Shown here in pieces: positions 58,362 through 64,000 of a DNA stretch of 64,000 bases. The notes beneath the pieces were generated by a model. The model saw only the letters and a program-made list of their open reading frames with translations, did not search any database and was not told the origin of the DNA. Position 1 is the first letter of the stretch; every line of letters begins with the position of its first letter. Origin of the DNA: Candidatus Nomurabacteria bacterium. GTDB taxonomy: Bacteria; Patescibacteriota; Minisyncoccia; Phycocordibacterales; JAACPR01. A program made the position numbers and the translations under genes. The stretch spans positions 10,708 through 74,707 of the forward strand of contig JACKFZ010000004.1 of assembly GCA_020632215.1 (NCBI GenBank). The letters run 5' to 3'.

Positions 58362-58390
58362 CAAAAACCCCGTCTGTGGGGTGTTTTTCA
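58362..58390. terminator. Bidirectional terminator AAAACCCC-GTCTGT-GGGGTGTTTTT
   Basis: It serves rpsP on the minus strand (hairpin + TTTTTGTTAGAAAAAAAG) and the plus-strand ORF. Confidence 0.55.
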
Positions 58391-58469
58391 TTTATTCTGT
58401 AGGAATATCCTAAAACATTCTGTTTCGCAGAATGTTCGGACAATCATCACAGGTTAAACGTGCAATGAT

Positions 58470-58988
58470 TTAGTCTTCTGTCTTTTCTTCTTCCTTCGCC
58501 TCAGCTTCGGCGGACGAGTCAGATGGTGCTGGTTCCTCTTTTACTTCCTCGATAACTGATTCTTCTTTTACTTCAGGTTTTGTTTCTACTGGTTGTTCTT
58601 CTGATGGAGTTTCAGCAACAACTTCTTCAGCTGTATCTTCAGCAGTTGCTTCTGCCTCTGCTTGAGCTTTTTCTTCAGCTTCTTTTGCAGCTTTTAAAGC
58701 TTCTTCGTCAACAACAGGAGATTTTTTTGGTAAGACATTTATTTTTTCTCCTTTTATGACTCCTTTGTTTATCAAAAGGTTATGAAGCGTATCTGTTGGC
58801 TTAGCACCTTGTCCAATCCAATATTGGATCCTCTCTGCCTTTAGTACAGTTTCATTTCTGTCTCTTGGGTCATATGACCCTAATATTTCTAAAAACTTTC
58901 CACTCTTTGTTGAGTTCTTTGAGTCAGTTAGAACAACACGAAAAGTTGGTTCGTGCTTTCTACCTGTTCTTTGTAATCTAATTTTTAA
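58470..58988 (-). CDS. rpsP: 30S ribosomal protein S16 with an acidic/Ala-rich C-terminal extension
   Basis: MLKIRLQRTGRKHEPTFRVV...YDPR core. About 90 aa of E/A/K-rich tail. Confidence 0.85.
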   Translation of the reverse strand, partial: LKIRLQRTGRKHEPTFRVVLTDSKNSTKSGKFLEILGSYDPRDRNETVLKAERIQYWIGQGAKPTDTLHNLLINKGVIKGEKINVLPKKSPVVDEEALKAAKEAEEKAQAEAEATAEDTAEEVVAETPSEEQPVETKPEVKEESVIEEVKEEPAPSDSSAEAEAKEEEKTED

Positions 58989-59077
58989 CATGCGCAGTAT
59001 AGTATCCAAGAAATCACCAAAAGTCAACTTGTCAACCTGCCACGTCGACCTGGCAGGTTGACAGAAAATAAGTTAGT

Positions 59078-61036
59078 ATGAGAGTCATAAATATGGCAAA
59101 AATAGGTAGCGAAATAGAAGCCGAAATTAAGATTAGCCCAGCCCGAAAGCTAGGCTATATTACTGATCCAGAAACAGAAGAAGACTATGAGATACAGACA
59201 AATAGACTTACTCACGCTCTTCAAGGAGACATTGTCAAAGTTCGACTTTTAGATGAAGTCATCAGAGAAAAAAAGCAAGCCGAAGTTGTAGAAATAGTTT
59301 CAAGATCAAAGACTAAGTTTGTTGGCACAATAGACGACAAGGCTAGTAGCTCTGGTTGTTTTGTTGTTGCTGATAATCCAAAGATGTATGTGGATATTTA
59401 TTTAGATAAAAATGAATGTTCCAAGACAAGACACAATGACAAAGTCTTTGTTGAAATTACGAAATGGGATAAGGATAAAGATAATCCTGAAGGAAAGATA
59501 TTAGAAGTCATAGGACAAAAAGGTGTTCATGAAGTAGAAATGAGATCTATTGTTTTAGACAAAGGTTTTGATACAAATTTTCCAAATGCCGTTCTAGAAG
59601 AAGCAAAACAATTGAAACACAAGTGGTCTCCTATTCCGCAAAGTGAAATTAATAATCGTAGAGACATCAGAGATATAGTCACTTTTACAATTGACCCTGC
59701 TGACGCAAAAGATTTTGATGATGCACTTTCTGTTAAAAAATTAGAAAATGGTAATTATGAAATCGGTATTCATATTGCTGATGTTTCTCACTTTGTCACT
59801 CCAGACACAGATTTAGACAAAGAAGCTCTCGAAAGAGCTTTCTCTGTTTATTTGGTAGACAGAACTATTCCTATGCTTCCTGAGATTCTTTCTAATGATT
59901 TATGTAGTCTTAATCCTAATGAAGATAAGCTAGCTTTTAGTGCTATTTTTGAACTAAATGATAATGCTGAAGTACAAAATCAATGGTTTGGAAAAACAAT
60001 TATAAATTCAAACAAAAGATTCACTTATGAAAATGCTCAAGAAACTCTAGACAGCCAATCGGGAGATTTCATAGAAGAACTTAATGTTTTAAATAATTTT
60101 TCAAAAATTTTATCAAAGAGAAAGATAGACGCCGGAGCTATTCGTTTTGAAAAAGATGAGTTTGAATTTGAGCTAGATGAAAATGGTGTTCCGATCAGAA
60201 TATACAAGAAGCCACATCTTTGGACTCATAAATTGATTGAAGAATTTATGCTACTAGCAAACAGATATGTAGCTAAATATATTTTTGATACTTGTAGAAA
60301 AAACAATGACGGAGTATGTGAATTGATGTACCGTGTTCACAATGTGCCTGAAGAAGGAAAAATTCAAGAGCTATCTGTCTTTCTAAAAGCTATGGGGTAT
60401 ATTTTACCTCTACAAAAAGATGGTTCTATTACACCAAAAGATATCAATGCCCTATTAGCTCAAGTAGCTGGCAAAGCAGAAGAGTCTCTTATAACCACAG
60501 CAACTATCAGAACAATGAGTAAGGCTGTTTACTCTACTGCTAACTCTGGTCACTTTGGTCTAGCTTTTGAATATTACACACACTTCACATCTCCTATCAG
60601 AAGATATCCAGACCTTGTTGTTCATAGAATTCTTCAGTCGCTACTAACAAATCAGAAGTTAACTCCTAAAGAAACTGAGAGTTTTAGAAAAGTGGCTGAA
60701 CATTCTACAAATCAAGAAATAGCTGCTCAGGATGCAGAAAGAAACTCAATTCGCTACAAACAAGTAGAGTTTATGCAAAATCATGTTGGTGAAGAATTCA
60801 ATGGTATCATCTCTGGTGTTGCGCCATTTGGACTATTTGTTGTTTTAGATGACACAGGAGCAGAAGGAATGATTCACATATCAAAACTTGGAACTGAATT
60901 CTTTAATCTGGATGAAAAAAATTATCGTATTGTCGGAGAAAAAAGTGGTAAGAAGTTCTCTCTTGGAGATTCTATCAGAGTGAGAATAGAGTCTGCTAAT
61001 TTGGATGAGAGGAAGTTGGAGATGGGGGTGGTTTAG
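59078..61036 (+). CDS. rnr: Ribonuclease R (RNB family) with C-terminal S1 domain
   Basis: Cold-shock/OB N-terminal region, RNB catalytic domain (FTIDPADAKDFDDAL), S1 domain (GIISGVAPFGLFV). Alternative start ATG 59093. Confidence 0.85.
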   Translation: MRVINMAKIGSEIEAEIKISPARKLGYITDPETEEDYEIQTNRLTHALQGDIVKVRLLDEVIREKKQAEVVEIVSRSKTKFVGTIDDKASSSGCFVVADNPKMYVDIYLDKNECSKTRHNDKVFVEITKWDKDKDNPEGKILEVIGQKGVHEVEMRSIVLDKGFDTNFPNAVLEEAKQLKHKWSPIPQSEINNRRDIRDIVTFTIDPADAKDFDDALSVKKLENGNYEIGIHIADVSHFVTPDTDLDKEALERAFSVYLVDRTIPMLPEILSNDLCSLNPNEDKLAFSAIFELNDNAEVQNQWFGKTIINSNKRFTYENAQETLDSQSGDFIEELNVLNNFSKILSKRKIDAGAIRFEKDEFEFELDENGVPIRIYKKPHLWTHKLIEEFMLLANRYVAKYIFDTCRKNNDGVCELMYRVHNVPEEGKIQELSVFLKAMGYILPLQKDGSITPKDINALLAQVAGKAEESLITTATIRTMSKAVYSTANSGHFGLAFEYYTHFTSPIRRYPDLVVHRILQSLLTNQKLTPKETESFRKVAEHSTNQEIAAQDAERNSIRYKQVEFMQNHVGEEFNGIISGVAPFGLFVVLDDTGAEGMIHISKLGTEFFNLDEKNYRIVGEKSGKKFSLGDSIRVRIESANLDERKLEMGVV

Positions 61037-61043
61037 TCTAGTT

Positions 61044-61925
61044 TTAAAACGAGCCATCAATCTTCCATTCTTTTTTTCTTCTATCCGATGCCTTCCTTAA
61101 CCTTTCAATAACCTCATCAATAGTTTCGGTCATAACATATTCCTTTCCACGAAATTTAAAAGTAGTTTCTTCGTCATTAAATTCCAACGAGGAAGATTCA
61201 ACAAAATCTCTACCTTTCCCTCCCATAAATTCTTGCAAATTATTTGCAGAAATATCTTGACCACTGAGTGCAAGAGCAGTTAGATCAGCAGTATTATGTC
61301 CTGCCTGTACATGGATATACGGACGATCAGGAAAATGTTTATTCGCTATTTCAGCCATTCTCCTAGCTGACATAATGTACTTAATAGCTTGTTCTTCTGG
61401 TGTTTGTACAAAAGATTCTGGATGCAGACAATCAGGATCTATTTCTGGGTACATCTCTTTGGCCTTCGCTTTCCATTCTTCCAATTCATCTTGCCAAGCG
61501 ACCCATGTTGTAATTGCAGAAAGTTCTTCACCTCCAAGCATCCTCGTATAGTCCTGAAAAGGCTTAACATACTGCATATCCTTACCCAACCCAAATTGTC
61601 GTGTACCGTGAAGGTCTGTAATTATAAACTTATCTTCTGGTAATTCATTTACTCTCTGTTCCCAGTCATCTTCCTGAATAGAAAGAACGTGCATATCACT
61701 ATGATCTACAATCAATTCTCTTAATCTGTCTTCTATACCCTTACCCGTATCTATTGCTCTCGATACATTAGATGGAAGTATGAAAAATAAAGTTCCAGGC
61801 GGAGATTCTACAAATCTCTGAAAATACTCATCTCCTTTATTTCGTGCCTGCTCCTGTCCTAATTCCGACAGATTACCATCTGGTGCTTTAGCTCCATGCC
61901 TTAATGTATCAATTGTATGTTTCAT
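61044..61925 (-). CDS. Histidine-phosphatase-superfamily protein (RHG motif; branch-1/SixA/PGM-like)
   Basis: N-terminal LRHGAKAPDGNLSELGQEQA, with a second conserved His in AGHNTADL. Its start overlaps the stop of the upstream gene (TTATGA). Confidence 0.6.
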   Translation of the reverse strand: MKHTIDTLRHGAKAPDGNLSELGQEQARNKGDEYFQRFVESPPGTLFFILPSNVSRAIDTGKGIEDRLRELIVDHSDMHVLSIQEDDWEQRVNELPEDKFIITDLHGTRQFGLGKDMQYVKPFQDYTRMLGGEELSAITTWVAWQDELEEWKAKAKEMYPEIDPDCLHPESFVQTPEEQAIKYIMSARRMAEIANKHFPDRPYIHVQAGHNTADLTALALSGQDISANNLQEFMGGKGRDFVESSSLEFNDEETTFKFRGKEYVMTETIDEVIERLRKASDRRKKEWKIDGSF

Positions 61926-63832
61926 AAAATTCTCACTATTCCGTTATCAGCATCAACCTCTACTTTCATGCCATCTTTCAATAACTTAGTAGCATTTTTA
62001 GTTCCAACCACACATGGTTTTTTCATTTCTCTAGCGACTATAGCCGCATGACAAGTTAAACCACCAGCATCAGTAACAAAAGCGGAAGATTGTCTCATTG
62101 CAGGTAGTAAAGATGGGTTTGTTGATCTTGAAACTAAAACATCTCCATCATTCATTTTTTTCATATCTTCTATCACATTAACTATAGTAACTTTACCAGT
62201 GACATTTCCTTTGTATGCAATCTGCCCTTTTAACATCTCAGACTCACTGTAATCCTCCTCTCTGATCTTATACTTGCCTTTCACTACTTTGCTTCTAAAA
62301 CACTGGGATAGTTTTGCATCCGTTAATAAGACACTATCCTTAACTCTTTCTTCTACTACTGACTTAGGAAATACTCCTGTTTTTAAAGCAGCTAACACTT
62401 CGTACCCAAACATATTTGCAACATGCTTTCTTTGACATTTTATTCTTTTTCCTATTTCTTCAAGTAAAAATTCAACACTGTAATATGATTCTGCAAAAAT
62501 TCCTTTTCTAAAATATTTTATATAAACAATATCAGCTCCAATCTGACACCATTTCATTTCTTCTTTTGTAAGTTTATATTTACTAACTATTTGCTTTTTC
62601 TCTTTCTCCAAAGAGCTAAGTCTGTCCTTACTTTCTTTCAAGAACTTCTCAAAATCCTCTTTCTTTTTACCTAAAACTTTTATTTTTTTATTAACATCAC
62701 TAACAGTCAGTGGTGTTCCTGAAAATGTATAGCTAATAAAAGCCCATTTTTTTACAAGTGTCTTAGTATCTTCTACAATACTTTTACCAGAGAACTTCTT
62801 TAATCCCAACTTAGCCACATCCAATTCATATAAATTCAAATACGATAAATCAGATGGTGTTGTCAGTGTAGATAAAATCCTATTTAATTCTGTTTCATCT
62901 TTAATCTTTTTATTTAATTTTTGTTTTAAAAATCCTGTCCATGTATTAGATTCATGTTCCATTGCGGTTGGCAAAGAAGTATATGTCCTCATCTGCATAA
63001 ATATTTTTGAAAACTCAAGATATGTCTCTGCTAATTTAGCATTTGAGTAACTCTTAAAATTTCTCTTACGTAATGACTGAGAAAAATCCTGCAATCTTTT
63101 AGCTCTTTTGAAAACTTCCCTTTTTATAGTTGGAAAGAAATTTTGTTTAGTTATTTTTTTGTAAATAGAATTGGCAACTTTTTTATCGTCATCAAAATCT
63201 ATAAAAATAGTAAAAGTACCGTTATCAATTTCAGCAAGAAGTGGGCCATAGTTTCTACCAGCGGTATCTTTAAACATCTGAGTCCTCATATCAAATGCTA
63301 AAAAAGCTCCAAATACAGTCACTGGTTCTTTGTAATATTCTCCAAAAGAATATCCTAATACGGTTTTATCGAATTCGCTCCTATCTAGAAGTTTTTGTTC
63401 TATGATATCAGCAACTTCAGTAGCAGTTTTTATAGATACTGGAAAGTACTCTCTTCCCCTCCTTTCGAACATATGTCTTGTAACTTCAATCTTGCTACAA
63501 GACTCTATATTGTTGTTCTTACAATATTCATGAACGTGAGTAGAGTTTGCCCAAGGAATTATAGGTATTGTTTTCTTTATCTTTTTTAAATTAGCAACTA
63601 AATTCAAGAACTGTTTCTCTACCTTTCCACCCTCTTTTGTAGGGAAAGAACCATCAGAAACAATAAGATCAACTTGGCAAGACTTAACTATTTCTAAAGC
63701 ATCATTCAAGTTGTTCACATGATGAACATAAATCCCACGACTAGTTAATTCTTCAAAAAGGGGTTTATAAAAATTCTTATCATCTTCAACATGTAAAACT
63801 TGTATTTTTGGTCTGTAATCTACTTTATTCAT
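61922..63832 (-). CDS. Response-regulator receiver domain - uncharacterised central region - C-terminal PEP-utilizing-enzyme mobile (phospho-His swivel) domain
   Basis: REC: IQVLHVEDD...[12 protein letters not shown]-terminus: GKVTIVN...[48 protein letters not shown] (conserved catalytic His). Confidence 0.7.
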   Translation of the reverse strand: MNKVDYRPKIQVLHVEDDKNFYKPLFEELTSRGIYVHHVNNLNDALEIVKSCQVDLIVSDGSFPTKEGGKVEKQFLNLVANLKKIKKTIPIIPWANSTHVHEYCKNNNIESCSKIEVTRHMFERRGREYFPVSIKTATEVADIIEQKLLDRSEFDKTVLGYSFGEYYKEPVTVFGAFLAFDMRTQMFKDTAGRNYGPLLAEIDNGTFTIFIDFDDDKKVANSIYKKITKQNFFPTIKREVFKRAKRLQDFSQSLRKRNFKSYSNAKLAETYLEFSKIFMQMRTYTSLPTAMEHESNTWTGFLKQKLNKKIKDETELNRILSTLTTPSDLSYLNLYELDVAKLGLKKFSGKSIVEDTKTLVKKWAFISYTFSGTPLTVSDVNKKIKVLGKKKEDFEKFLKESKDRLSSLEKEKKQIVSKYKLTKEEMKWCQIGADIVYIKYFRKGIFAESYYSVEFLLEEIGKRIKCQRKHVANMFGYEVLAALKTGVFPKSVVEERVKDSVLLTDAKLSQCFRSKVVKGKYKIREEDYSESEMLKGQIAYKGNVTGKVTIVNVIEDMKKMNDGDVLVSRSTNPSLLPAMRQSSAFVTDAGGLTCHAAIVAREMKKPCVVGTKNATKLLKDGMKVEVDADNGIVRIL

Positions 63833-63840
63833 TGTGTTTA

Positions 63841-64000
63841 ATTATGTTAACTACTCCATGTTCTCCATCCACTTCTACTAAATCTCCATCCTTTAAAACT
63901 TTTGTAGCAAATTTAGTACCAATTATACATGGCTTCTTCATTTCCCTTGAAACAATTGCGGCATGACAAGTAATTCCACCTTCATCAGTAATAAAAGCTG
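63841..64000 (-). CDS. C-terminal end of a second PEP-utilizing-enzyme mobile-domain protein (gene continues beyond window end)
   Basis: The translation [53 protein letters not shown] is paralogous to the C-terminus of 61922..63832. Confidence 0.6.

Noticed and set aside
1-64000. Transposases, integrases, rRNA genes
   Set aside because: No ORF shows DDE, tyrosine-recombinase or serine-recombinase motifs, and no rRNA-like conserved blocks were seen. None are reported.

Overview
This is an AT-rich bacterial chromosome segment (roughly one-third GC by eye) with short intergenic spacers and many small membrane or secreted hypothetical proteins. Gene content and style fit a reduced-genome bacterium, possibly a Patescibacteria/CPR-like lineage; this is inferred and not tested. 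TGA is used as a stop codon.

Almost all housekeeping genes lie on the minus strand. They include alaS (partial), a CsaA-like tRNA-binding protein, mnmA, two mltG paralogs, leuS, ychF, ddl, uvrC, uvrA, uvrB, tgt, uppP, rpoD-dnaG, rpoC-rpoB, trmD, a KH-domain protein and rpsP. hisS, a LOG-family protein, a DEDD exonuclease, a DsbA-like protein and rnr are on the plus strand. Three tRNA genes were found by eye: Pro-UGG on the plus strand, and Ala-GGC and Ala-UGC on the minus strand.

A classical copper-resistance operon is present (csoR-DUF305-DUF411-copB, with a CPH-type, His-rich P1B ATPase).

Notable non-core content:
- A ~1.8 kb GC-rich island carries pyrF and a frameshifted pyrE. Each gene is flanked by the same ~38-bp upstream element and a similar GC-hairpin terminator.
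- Several small GC-rich plus-strand transcription units have sigma70-like promoters (TTGACT-17-TAGAAT/TATTAT) and intrinsic terminators.
- A dispersed TGTAGAAT(TTAG) repeat and promoter-like motif family includes a 28-bp tandem array.
- The tRNA-Pro gene is interrupted in its D-loop by a ~92-bp insertion.
- An ATP-cone/Mrr-like nuclease gene is present.
- A UvrD-type helicase is fused to a Cas4/AddB-like Fe-S nuclease.
- A 1147-aa surface protein has 13-14 Cys-containing ~30-aa repeats plus a peptidoglycan-binding domain.
- rpoD carries a ~90-aa lysine-rich H1-like N-terminal tail.
- At the right edge, a translationally coupled module contains two proteins with C-terminal PEP-utilizing-enzyme phospho-His swivel domains (one with an N-terminal receiver domain) followed by a histidine-phosphatase-superfamily protein. 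This is the best candidate here for an undescribed phosphorelay-type system.

No rRNA, CRISPR array or transposase was seen.
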